From NCBI RefSeq assembly GCF_009834535.1, contig NC_045702.1:5456001-5520000 (forward strand): DNA of 64,000 nucleotides. Direction: 5' to 3'. Below are positions 43,221-64,000 of the stretch, one piece after another (the first letter of the stretch is position 1; each line of letters opens with the position of its first letter). Source of the DNA: Camelus ferus. Taxonomy: Eukaryota. The translations under genes were made by a program, and so were the position numbers. The notes under the pieces are model-generated. The model saw only the letters and a program-made list of their open reading frames with translations. It was not told the origin of the DNA and ran no database searches.

Positions 43221-45219
43221 GCTGGTTCTGGGTGACGAAGGGACAAAAATCGTCTGGAGCGTTTTTTCAAAATAAGTGCACGTTGCCCATCACAGTCCTC
43301 CCCGGGCGAATCAGAGCTCCGGGGACGACAGTCACTTATACTTGGAAAAGAACTCCTCTGGTGATTCTGATACTCTTCCCCCTACGCAGTGGTTTAAAAC
43401 CACTGGTGTGGAGGTACTGTAGCTTATCACCGCACGCCCTCAGTTCCATCTCCCCAACAGATGCCTTCCTCACAGTATATCAGGCTCGCTTGCCTAAGGC
43501 TGCCAAAGCACAACTCTTGTACCTTTGTGTGCTTATTTATTTTTTCTGTGTAATGATTTGTTTGCATAGCTGCCTCTCTCACTGGGCTGTGACTTGCTTT
43601 TGGGTAGTGGCTTTGTCTCATTCATCTGTCCCCTCCTTCCCCTCCAAATGCCTGGCAGGGAAGTGTCCTTTATAATAAATGGACTTGAATTGGGGGTGGT
43701 GGTAGGAAGGCTGCCCATCGATGAATCTGGAATGAAACTCGGTAGGAAAATGTGGCAGGATTAGTTTGAGGTTGGGCTGGGTGCGGAGGGATATAGGAGA
43801 GTCCTAAAGTGAGTATGGTGGAGTATCTCAGGGTGAATGAAGTTGGGAAAAGACCAGAGGAAACCCCTTGTAACCCATCTTGACAGACGTCTCAGAGAGA
43901 TCGTGGGAATTTCCTAGCCCCTCTGCAGTGTGGGATTCCATTTTGGGCACTAGGAGTCTTGTTTTTATAGTTCAGCCTCCTGCTTGGGGATAAAACTATG
44001 CAAGTCCTGAGCTACTGTGACAATGCCCCTCACAGGAAGGAGGCGCAAGGAAAAAATAGGTGTACCTGGACTCAGATTTTGTGAGCAATTCCTCGACTGC
44101 CTCTAAGTTCCTCTGGTGGACAACATGGGAAATGTTCTGTTCCTCTCTCTCCGGTTCCTGCATACTGGTCTCTACAGCAGCCCTGGAGCCTAAGCCCTGG
44201 TGGCTCTGACACCTGGGTGGCTGAGTCAGCACCTCTGGAATGGCCATCAGTAGGTAACCTGATGATTCAGGGACTCAAGAATGGCGTTGGACAAGCCACC
44301 AAACCAGTTGCCTGGGCCTCCGCCTCCTCGTTGAGGTGACAACAAGGAAGTCAACTCAGTCAGTTCATCCATGGGGCACCCAAATTATCCTTCCAAATTC
44401 CATGCCCTCAGCTGCCCTCTGCCATCAACCCCGATGCTTCTCAGAAGGCCCCAGAAACTGGATCAGGATTTAGGGGAGAGGGTTTCAAGAGGATAAATAA
44501 GTAAACAAGTAAACATAGCGGCGCATCCAAGAATCCCCACTTTTCTACTGTAAGCTCCCAGAACCATCTCACATCCAAGATAATTAAAACCTCTCCTATC
44601 TTTACTTCCTCTCCTTAGTTTCCCCCAACCTGGTTGCAAAGTCAGGCAGTCTCCCCCTTTTCTCTTCCTTAGTACTGTCACACACACAAAACATACAGCC
44701 TTTCTTGTCTTTTTCTTTTTTTCTTTCTTACTGTTTTTTGTCTTAAAGCATTTCTCTGTTGATCACTCTGTGTTTGTATATGCAGGGAGGAGAGATAAGG
44801 TTTTAAGAAATCAAAGATTCACTATCTTGACCCCATAGTCCTATAGTCCTTAATAGGATTCTCTTTGCTTTTGTTATTGGCGGCTACCCTCTGGCCTCCT
44901 CTGAAATCCACTGGGAGTCTGAAGATGGGACAGCAGGGATCTCCTTCGATCTACTGTTCTTCAGCTCCTGCCTCCCCAGCTACTGTCCCTGCCAGGCTAG
45001 AGGTGGGGCCCTAAGAGGTTTGGCTGCAGGTTGCCCTGGAAGGGGTGTGAGTGGTCAGACAGGTGACTGCGAGTTGGGACGCCTGAGGCCTGCCCCACCT
45101 GAGTCACCAGGCTGTTGTTGTCACTGGCCTTGTTGAAGTCCCTGCTCAGCCAGCCAGACCTCGGCGGGAACAGCAGCATCTCCCATCCTTCCAAGCTTTC
45201 AGGAGAAGCCGCTGGCCTT

Positions 45220-48200
45220 ATGGTGAGGCGAATGGGTTGGGGGGGGACCAGGGGGCGGTTGGGGCGGTGGGGAGACTTGGGGCCTGGATCAGTGCCCCTC
45301 CTCCCCATGCCACTGCCTCCTCTTCCTCCTCCTCCAAGTCGGGGGCCTGGGGGAGGGAGGGTCTCCATCTTCTCTCTGTCCCCTGCCCCTCACACAAGAA
45401 GTGCCCTGTCCTCGGCTCCTCCTTCAGCCCTGGGGCTCCCCTGCCCAGCAGTGCAGGCGTCAGGGGCTTCTCAACCTCACCATAGTGCCATCTCCACCCC
45501 AGCCACCCCCACAATGCAGGCCAGGCCTGCGATGACACCCATCTCTGTACCCCCCTCCTGGGGTTCCCGCTCTGCCCCACCCTTGGCCTCGGTGACTCCC
45601 CCTCCCCCATGCCGGTGCCCCCAGGACCCTCCTGGGCTTCGGATAGGCCCTCTGATCCCTGAGCAGGATTACGAGCGGCTGGAGGACTGTGACCCTGAGG
45701 GGTCCCAAGATTCACCCCTCCACGGGGAGGAGCAGCAGCCCCTGCTTCATGTACCTGAAGGACTCCGAGGTGAGTGGGTAGTGGCGGGGGCTGGGGAGGG
45801 TCTGGGGGCTCCAGAGTTTCCTCTGGACTAGGCCTCTGGCAGTAGCTTGAGGACGTGGAGAATTGTCCCGGTGAGAGCCGAGTCCCCATGCTCTTCCCTC
45901 TGTGCCCAGGCTCCTGGCACCATATCCAGAACCTGGACAGCTTCTTCACCAAGATATCCTTTTGTGCTTGGCCTGGCAGCAGTGGCACCGAAGGCAGGGA
46001 GCCAGGGGTGCAGTGGGTTGGGGACTTGGGGGAGGGAGGGGGAGGCGTCCTCAGGAAAGGCCCATCATCACACCTCAGGCTTATTTCTTGATGGGTGGCC
46101 ACATCTACAGCTACCACCAGAGGAGCGGCTTTACCTGTATCCTGCTGGAGGATGTCTTCCAGCTGGGGTGAGATGCCTGTCCCTGGCCCCAAACTCTTCC
46201 TCTCATTTCCTCAGTAGCGCCTGCTGCTTCTAGTTCCTCCACTGCCTCCCCAGGCAGCCCCAGGGCTCAGCAGGTTGGGTTAACCAGGCCAGCCTGGAGG
46301 CTGGGGCTGGAGCCCACTGGCCCTTGGGCCTGACCACTGCACTCCTTGCCGTCCCAGACAATTCATTTTCATCGTCACCTTCACCACCTTCCTCCTTCGC
46401 TGCGTGGATTACAATGTTCTCTTTGCCAACCAACCAAATAACCGCACAAGACCTGGGCTGCTCCACAACAAAGTGACCTTGTCAGATGCCATCCTACCCT
46501 CATCCCAGTGTGCCCAGCGGTGAGTGACAGCCACTGGGGGAGGTGATGGAGGGGACTAGCAGATGAGAGCCCCCACCTTCTTTTGTCTTTTGGTCTAGAC
46601 CAGCTGTTCTCCAAGTTTTTGGTCCTGGGACACCTTTAATACACTTAAAATTAGTTGAGAACTCAACTCCCAAGAGATTTTTCTTATGAGAATCAAATCT
46701 ATCTCTATTTACCTTATTTGAGATTCAAGCTGAGAACAGCTTTAAAACCTGAAAATGTCCAAGCACACATTCCATTGACTGTGAATGTGATGTCACGTAG
46801 CCTCTGGAAAAGTCCTCTGTATATTCTTGAGAGAATGAGAATTAAAATGGCAGAAAACCTTAATATCTGAAAAGTTTTGAACTTGTAGATACTTGCGAGG
46901 GTCTGGGGAGCCCCAGGGCCCACACTTTGAGAACGACCGGCCTGGCTGGGTCCCCTCTCAATGACCTCCATCGCTCCCCAAGTCTGGTCTCCCTTGCTAC
47001 CAGGCCCCTACTTCCTGTCTGTCCCACCCGACACAGGATCCACTCCAGCTCCCTGATGGTCTTCCTTCTGATCCTGGCTACTGCCTTCTGGCTGTTCCAG
47101 CTGCTTCGCTCTGTCTGCAACCTCTTCAGCTACTGGGACATCCAAGTGTTTTACAGGGAAGCCCTCCACATTCCCCTGGTGAGTTGGGTGAGCGTGTCTG
47201 AGGAGAGGTACAACGTCGGGGGGGAAGAGGGTAGGGAGGAGTGAGGGGCTGCAGAGACAGAAGGACCTACTGGAAAAAGGGCAGAAGGACTTACTGACCC
47301 CTACCCTTGGCCCAGAATATTGTTAGGAGGTGGGTTACCACTTGTAACACAAGGCCCTTACTGTGGTGGAGCTTAGTTGATTTAGATGGTTATAGAAGAT
47401 GATGTATGGTCACATGCTTGTGGTTCAGGCAGTGGGTATTTAGAGGAAGGGCAGTCATCTGGCTTTATAGGGCAGGGGGGTTTGGGATGGGGCTGGGAAG
47501 GGTAGGAGGTGGGGACGCATTCCAAGCCTTGGGCAGGGAGGGGGGAAACGCTGAACTCTGTGGGCAGCAGTGAGGAGACTGACCCACCAGCCTGCATCTG
47601 AGCATTCCAGTCCCCAGTGGGTAATCCTGCCTCCCTTTCTGGCCTTCCCCCTGATTGCAAGAAGCCACTTCACAGGCCCCTTCACTGTCCCTGGTCACGC
47701 TTTCCTCTTTCTTTCCTCCCTGCCTTGCTCACACTCCTTCTGGCTCTGTACCTAAATTCTTTCCTTAAGGCAAAGCACAGAGGCTACCTTCTCCCCTCAG
47801 AAGTGCAGAACCTTCTGCACAGCCCTCCTGTACAGCAAAAGGGAGAGGTTTCAGAAAGCCCCTTTGAGTAGGAGAGCACAAACCATAGCACAGGGAAGAG
47901 TCACGGGGGCAGGGGTGGAGGCAGGGAAGATCAGGAGCTGGACCGCTGCTCCGCTGGGAATCAGCTGACCCTTCTTTCTCCTTCCTGCTTACCCCATTTC
48001 CCCTATTCCTTCCAGGGGAAGGGGAGACCCTGGGATGGACTGGAGAGGCTGGCCTGGAGGGACTTGACTAAGCTGGACTGGGGAAGCTGGGTGAAACTGG
48101 GCTAAAATGAGGTTTGCAGATGAGTGAGATCTGACAGCCCCCACCTCCATGGCCAGATGTGGCCATTGTCTTAGGAAGGTTAATCTGACAGAATGGGATG

Positions 48201-51200
48201 GGGCTGGGATTCTCAAAGCAGGCTGAGATAAAAAGTGGTGAGGCTTCTGGGTTGGTGGGTACCCTAGGAACGGGGAAGAGGGATTTCCCTGTTACCTGCA
48301 GCTGGGATGTGCCTTCTACGTGTAGGGCTGTGTGTGTGTGTGTGTGTGGAGGGGGGGGGGGTGCTCAGGAAAATCTACTCTTAAGGAGCTGTGCTCAGAT
48401 ACGTGTAGAGTTTAGCTTAGGAGGTGTCCCTGGGAAGCACATGGCTCATGGCCTCAGGAGTGGCAGGGGTGTGAGGAACACAATTCAGAAGCAGATGAGA
48501 GGAAGTAAGGGTTCCCATTGTTAGAGACAAGGTAAAGGGAGAGCGAGAAGGCAGAGAGCGGAAGGTGACAGGTGTCATGCCTGAGGGACACTGGGTGAGA
48601 GTGGTGGGCACGGGAGGACACTCAGGGACTCTGGTCACGGTGAGTGTGGGCATCACTGTGGAGAGGAATCCAGGTCGCTGGCTCTCAGCCGTCCCCTCTC
48701 CTCAGGGGGAGCTCGGCTCAGTGTCCTGGGCAGAGGTGCAGTCCCGCCTCCTGGCGCTGCAGAGGAGCGGGGGCCTGTGCGTGCAGCCGAGGCCGCTGAC
48801 GGAGCTGGACGTCCACCATCGCATCCTGCGCTACACCAACTACCAGGTGGCGCTGGCCAACAAAGGCCTGCTGCCGACCCGCTGCGCGCTGCCCTGGGGA
48901 GGCAGCGTAGCCTTCCTCAGCCGCGGCCTGGCGCTCAACGTCGACCTGCTCCTCTTCCGCGGGCCCTTCTCGCTCTTCCGCGGCGGCTGGGAGCTGCCCG
49001 ACGCCTACAAGCGCAGCGACCAGCGGGCCGCCCTGGCCGCGCGCTGGCGGCGCTCGGTGCTGCTGCTGGCCGCCGTGAACCTGGCGCTGAGCCCTCTGGT
49101 GCTGGCCTGGCAGGTGCTGCACGCCTTCTACAGCCACGCCGAGCTGCTGCGGCGCGAGCCGGGCGCGCTGGGGACGCGCCGCTGGTCCCGCCTGGCCCGC
49201 CTGCAGCTGCGCCACTTCAACGAGCTGCCGCACGAGCTGCGCGCGCGCCTGGCCCGCGCCTACCGCCCCGCCGCCGCCTTCTTGCGCGCCGCCGCGCCCC
49301 CGGCGCCCCTGCTCGCGCTGCTGGCCCGCCAGCTCGTCTTCTTCGCCGGCGCGCTCTTCGCCGCGTTGCTGGTGCTCACCGTCTACGACGAGGATGTGCT
49401 CGCCGTGGAGCACGTGCTCACCGCCATGACTGCCCTCGGGATCCTGGCCACCGTGGCCAGGTGTGGTGGGAGATGCCCAGGGAGGGGGGCGTCTTTCCGG
49501 CCTGGGGCTGAACCTCTCGCGAATCTCTACCCCTCCCACCGCTAATGCATCCCACCCGCACATCCTCTTTACTCGCCGGCCCCTTCTCCACCCCGATGCC
49601 GCCCTCTAGGTCTTTCATTCCGGATGAGCAGGCCCAAAGTCGTTCACCGCAGCTCCTGCTGCAGGCGGCCTTGGCCCACATGCACTACCTGCCGGAGGAG
49701 ACCGGCCCTGCCGGCAAGGCCAGCGCTTACCGGCAGATGGCGCGGCTGTTGCAATACCGAGCGGTGAGGGTCCAGGCTGAAATGGGGCTGCGGAGGAGGC
49801 TGTGTAAACCTCGAGGTCTGAGAGAGGGCGGGGACAAACGGGCTCAGGGCTGGCTATCCCGGGAGTCTGGGAAAGGCGGAATGACGGAGTTGGAGGTTTC
49901 CTGCCTGGCGAGTGTGGTTGCCCTCAGCAACCCCTTCTCAGCCTCGCCCTGCTTCTCCAGGTCTCCCTCACGGAGGAGCTCCTGTCCCCTCTCCTCACCC
50001 CACTGTTTCTGCTCTTCTGGTTCCGCCCTCGCGCCTTGGAGATTATTGACTTTTTTCATCACTTCACTGTGGATGTGGCCGGGGTTGGAGACATCTGTTC
50101 CTTTGCCCTTATGGATGTGAAGCGCCACGGCCACCCTCAGGTTAGAGCCTTTCACTGGCTGTGCCGGGTTGTGGTTAGGTAGGAGTTTGCTTGCCTCACT
50201 CAAAGCAGAGCTGGGTTCCACCCCCAGCTCCATGGTTTGCCACCTGTGACCTTGAGCTAATCACCTCACTTCCCTGTACCTAATGCCCTCGTTTGTCAAA
50301 CGAGGACAGTGACCAATGTGCAGGGCTATCATGGGGATTACATGAGATGACGTGTGTAAAGCCCTAACAGAGTTCCAGCACATCCTGACACCAGTAAATG
50401 GGAGCCAAGACTGGTAGAATGGCTGGAAAACAGGTTGATCAGTGGATGGGGCTGGAGTAAGGATGGGTTTCCTGACCAAAGCTGTAAGGCAGGCCCTGGC
50501 ATCCAGTGTGCACCTGCTGGCAGAACATTGAGCCTACATCCCAGTGCTGGATCTGGACCCAAGTTCTGCTCTGCTGCTGTTTTTGGGTGATCTTGAGCAA
50601 GTCCCCATTGTGACCTCCATCCTTTCACCTGGAAAATGGGGCTATTGTCTTCCATCCTGCCCACCCCACGAGGCACCCACTGCAGGTATACAAGCAGTGT
50701 TCGTGGCACTTGAAGGATTGTCGTTGCTTTCAGTGGCTCTCGGAGGGACAGACAGAGGCCTCACTATCTCAGCGTGCCGAGGATGGGAAGACTGAACTGT
50801 CCTTGATGAGGTTCTCCCTGGTTCATCCACAATGGCGCCCCCCAGGCCACAGCTCCAAGTTCCTAGGGCACCTTCGAGGCCGGGTACAACAAGATGCAGC
50901 CACCTGGGGCGCCAACTCTGTTCGCAGTCCCCCCACCCCCGGGGTCCTCAGCAACTCTTCCTCACCTCTGGTGAGTTGAAGCTTGGTTTGCCCTTCCACC
51001 TTCACACCCTGCCCCCTCCTCTCCCCTCCCCTCCTCTCTCCTCCCTCAGCCTCACCTTTTGCATTAACCTACTCACTAGTTCAGCCTGCTCTCCCACCTT
51101 ACTTAGCCCTCCTCCCTCCCTTTCTGTCTTCTCTTCTGACCCTCTCTTCTCTTGCTCCCAGCCGGAGACCTTCCTGGCCAACCTTTTGGTGCAGCCCCTC

Positions 51201-52088
51201 CTGCCCCCACAGGACCTGAGCCCCACAGCCCCTTGCCCAGCTGCAGCCACAGCCAGCCTCCTGGCCTCCATTTCCCGAATTGCCCAGGACTCAAGGTGAG
51301 GGGTGGGGACTTGAGATGCAGGGGTCAGGGGTGGTGGGGCTGATCAATGCAGGGGTATTGGGGGGCTGAGCAGGACGAGGAGATAAAGCCTGGCGTTCCT
51401 TGTGGAGTGCAGGGGGGAAAGGGCATGTCTTTCTGATCTACTGCACCTTCTGTTTCAGCTGTGTGTCCCCAGGAGGCACTGGGGGCCAGAAGCTGGCCCA
51501 GCTCCCAGAACTCGCATCTGCTGAGATGAGTCTCCATGCCATCTACCTATACCAGGTGAATAGAGGGATGCCAGATAGATGGGGAGAAAGCCTCAAAACA
51601 AATGGAGACTGTGGAGGGGGCTGGAGTGTAAGAAATTATCCAACAGGAGCTGGGTAGGAGGTTTCAACACCCTCTGTACGTAGCCTGGGGGCTGGGTCTC
51701 ACGCTGCTGGGCAGGAGGGAACCCCTCATTCTTCTCCCTTCCTTTTAGCTCCATCAGCAGCAGCAGCAGCAAGAACTGTGGGGGGAGGCTTCAGCCTCCT
51801 CCCTGTCCAGGCCCTGGTCCAGCCCCCCACAGACTCTCTCGCCAGATGAGGAGAAGCCTTCCTGGTCGAGTGATGGTGAGGCAGTTGGGGTGTGTAGGGG
51901 ACAGACTCTGGGTGAGCAGCAGGCATCATGGCACTGCCCAGCTGATGGATTTCTCATCAGGCTCCAGTCCCGCCTCCAGCCCCAGACAGCAGTGGAGAAC
52001 CCAGAGGGCCCAGAATCTGTTCCCTGGAGGGTTTCAGGAGCCCACAGACACGCAGAAGGAGCCTAGCCAGGCCCCTAGCATTGACTGA
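45220..52088 (+). CDS. ATG9B: Autophagy-related protein 9B, 924 aa, complete
   Basis: Exons: 45220-45769, 45910-45953, 46103-46167, 46358-46519, 47037-47178, 48706-49460, 49610-49763, 49961-50140, 50734-50970, 51162-51295, 51459-51555, 51749-51875, 51961-52088; total 2775 nt. ATG9 motifs W..I.NLD.FF, RILRY.NY.VA, RHFNELPHEL, GVGDICSFA and GKTELSL. Confidence 0.97.
45954..46102 (+). other. ATG9B: U12-type AT-AC intron (ATG9B intron 2)
   Basis: 5' site ATATCCTTT at 45954, branch-like TTCTTGAT at 46085-46092, 3' AC at 46101-46102. Splicing restores FFTK|IYSYH. Confidence 0.9.
46601..46939. mobile_element. hAT-Charlie-type non-autonomous DNA transposon (MER-like)
   Basis: Imperfect terminal inverted repeats CAGCTGTTCTCCAA ... 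TTTGAGAACGACCG. The left flank GTCTAGAC fits the hAT target consensus NTCTAGAN. AT-rich interior. Confidence 0.7.
48720..49460 (+). other. ATG9B: Intragenic CpG island over ATG9B exon 6
   Basis: Extreme CpG and GC content in the coding exon compared with the flanking introns. Confidence 0.75.
50205..50385 (+). mobile_element. MIR SINE (approximate)
   Basis: ctgtgaccttgagctaatcacctcacttccctgtacc...tttgtcaaacgagg...ggggattacatgagatgacgtgtgtaaagccc. Confidence 0.7.
50535..50680 (+). mobile_element. MIR SINE (approximate)
   Basis: gggtgatcttgagcaagtccc...ctttcacctggaaaatgggg matches the MIR core. Confidence 0.6.
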
Positions 52089-52102
52089 GAGGGCTCCTTA
52101 AG

Positions 52103-52232
52103 GTCAGTATTACCTAACTGGCATGGGGGTGAGGGAATGAGTAGGGAATTGGGTGGAGTCAGACTTGGAGGGATGGGAATCCCGGGAACCCAAACCCCTG
52201 GACTGTTTGCAAAGAGCTTTCTCCTTCTCCAG
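52103..52232 (+). other. ATG9B: Predicted intron in the ATG9B 3'UTR
   Basis: Donor AAG|GTCAGT 14 nt after the stop codon; acceptor ctttctccttctccag at 52232. Confidence 0.6.
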
Positions 52233-53076
52233 GTTTCCTGGCTTCTCCAGCCCCAGGAGATCAGACGAAGTGGAGTGGAAGGACGTGCCAAGCCCCCCTT
52301 AAAGACCCCCATGGATGCTTTAGTTGGGGAGTTGGGCAGGATTTGGAGTCAGTGATGCCCTGCCCCAGAGAGCAGAGAAAGGGTAGGAGAGGAGAGGCAG
52401 CTGGAAACACATGTTAGAGCCCACATGGAGGGGCAAAGGGGACAACTATTTGTCCTGGAGTGGTTGCCTGGGAAGAAGTTCTCAAGTGACCTCAACGTGG
52501 AGGGCTGGGCCAAGGTGGAGGCCAAGCTACACAGAAGGGAGCAATGAGGGACTGGATCTGAAAGGCAGTAGGTTCTTCAAGCTCGCCTGACCTTCAGGTT
52601 CCCCTGGGACTCGTGGAGGGCGATGGGGGTGGGTGAGTGGAAAGCCTCTAGGGAGGCCTGCTGTTTTTGGAGTTCAGCCTTGGTGTGATGCCTGAGGAAG
52701 TGGGTGTGGTTTCTCATCCTGTCTGAAACAAGCAGTAAAGGTTACTCCTGGCTGTGGTGCACATGTTTGTGACTTTAGTCCTTGGAATCCCCACTCCTGG
52801 TAGCTGAGGGCTGCATCTGCTTCTCAGTCAAGATCAAAGGAGCGACACAACAGAATTGCCTGTAATTGGCTGGAAACCATGTTTTTAGAGGGCTGGGTCA
52901 GAGAGGAGTGTGTAGGGCAGGACTCCCAGTCGAAGAATTACTCCCTCCACCTCCCTCTCACTGCAGAAGTTAAAAGACAAAGCTTGTCATTCTGTAACTG
53001 TAATTGACAGTGCTGGGTCGCACATCTTAGTAGCTCTCATAACTTCTGGTCCAGTCTCTTATGGTGAATCTTCAGT

Positions 53077-53082
53077 AATAAA
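53077..53082 (+). terminator. ATG9B: Proximal ATG9B poly(A) signal AATAAA
   Basis: First AATAAA I find on the + strand after the ATG9B stop codon. It lies about 350 nt beyond the NOS3 stop, in the probable NOS3 3'UTR. Confidence 0.7.
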
Positions 53083-53432
53083 TATTTGAATGATTTAGAG
53101 ATCAGGTTTCAAGATAAGATACTCCTTCCTGAAAGAGATGAGGGGAATCTAAAATTCACCTATCAACACGAAAGGGCTGACAGTAGGCTCAGGAACACCA
53201 CTGCTGGGAGGGGCCTTCCAGATTTACTCAGACCTGGGTTAGGGAAACAGGCCTAGAGAGAGATAGAGACATTCCCGGGAATAAGGCCAGTCTCTGGACA
53301 GGCGTGGGAAGGCACCTCGGGAAGGGGGCGGGGGAGGTGGCTGGTCCTGGTCCGGCAGACAGGAGAGCAGCACCGCCGTCGTGGACTGATGGCCCCTCTT
53401 TCCGGGAACTGAAGTGGAAAGCAAGCGGGCTC

Positions 53433-63845
<10,413 letters not shown>

Positions 63846-64000
63846 CTGTGGGCAAGGAGAAGACGGATGTCTTAGGAATTTGGGCCCCGGTCCTTCTCAC
63901 TCTGACCCTCCCTGGCAGGGCAAGATTCTGACCCTGACTTGATCCTTGAATCCCTGAGGATCCTGGGGTTCCTTGTGGGCCCTGATTTGTGACCCTCTCC

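Noticed and set aside
45115-45219. 35-aa N-terminal extension of ATG9B
   Set aside because: It depends on a TTG start. The ATG at 45220 gives a 924-aa protein matching the known N-terminus.
45218-46192. 324-aa antisense ORF over ATG9B exons 1-3
   Set aside because: It is a stop-poor shadow of a GC-rich region with no recognisable homology.
48718-49563. Overlapping 281-aa (-) and 244-aa (+) ORFs on ATG9B exon 6
   Set aside because: These are alternative frames of an extremely GC3-rich exon, where stops are statistically rare.
49961-49975. ATG9B VSLTEE versus recalled VSLLEE, and other single-residue differences (for example ABCB8 EQWEEE)
   Set aside because: Without an alignment or reads I cannot tell lineage substitutions from base-call errors, so no adaptive claim is supportable.

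Overview
Mammalian (eutherian) genomic DNA, not prokaryotic. It is the conserved NOS3-ATG9B-ABCB8-ASIC3-CDK5-SLC4A2 gene block (human 7q36.1 synteny), here in reverse order. I built every coding exon by hand from splice sites and reading phase. SLC4A2 (-) runs off the left edge after 19 coding exons. CDK5 (+) has 12 exons and 292 aa. ASIC3 (-) has 11 exons and 533 aa. ABCB8 (-) has 16 exons and 713 aa. ATG9B (+) has 13 coding exons and 924 aa. NOS3 (-) has its last 14 exons here, one mostly in an N gap. A short tRNA-derived SINE of the vic-1 type suggests a camelid (inference). I found no evidence of a wholly new biological system. The best observations are: a 1-nt frame discrepancy in SLC4A2, two AT-AC minor-spliceosome introns (CDK5 and ATG9B), two ATG9B-strand poly(A) signals that make ATG9B antisense to NOS3, an open alternative C-terminal frame in ASIC3, several in-frame stop-free introns, and splice-adjacent CA/UG microsatellites. 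Comparisons with human proteins are from memory and need checking by alignment. NOS3 exons use the classical 26-exon numbering.
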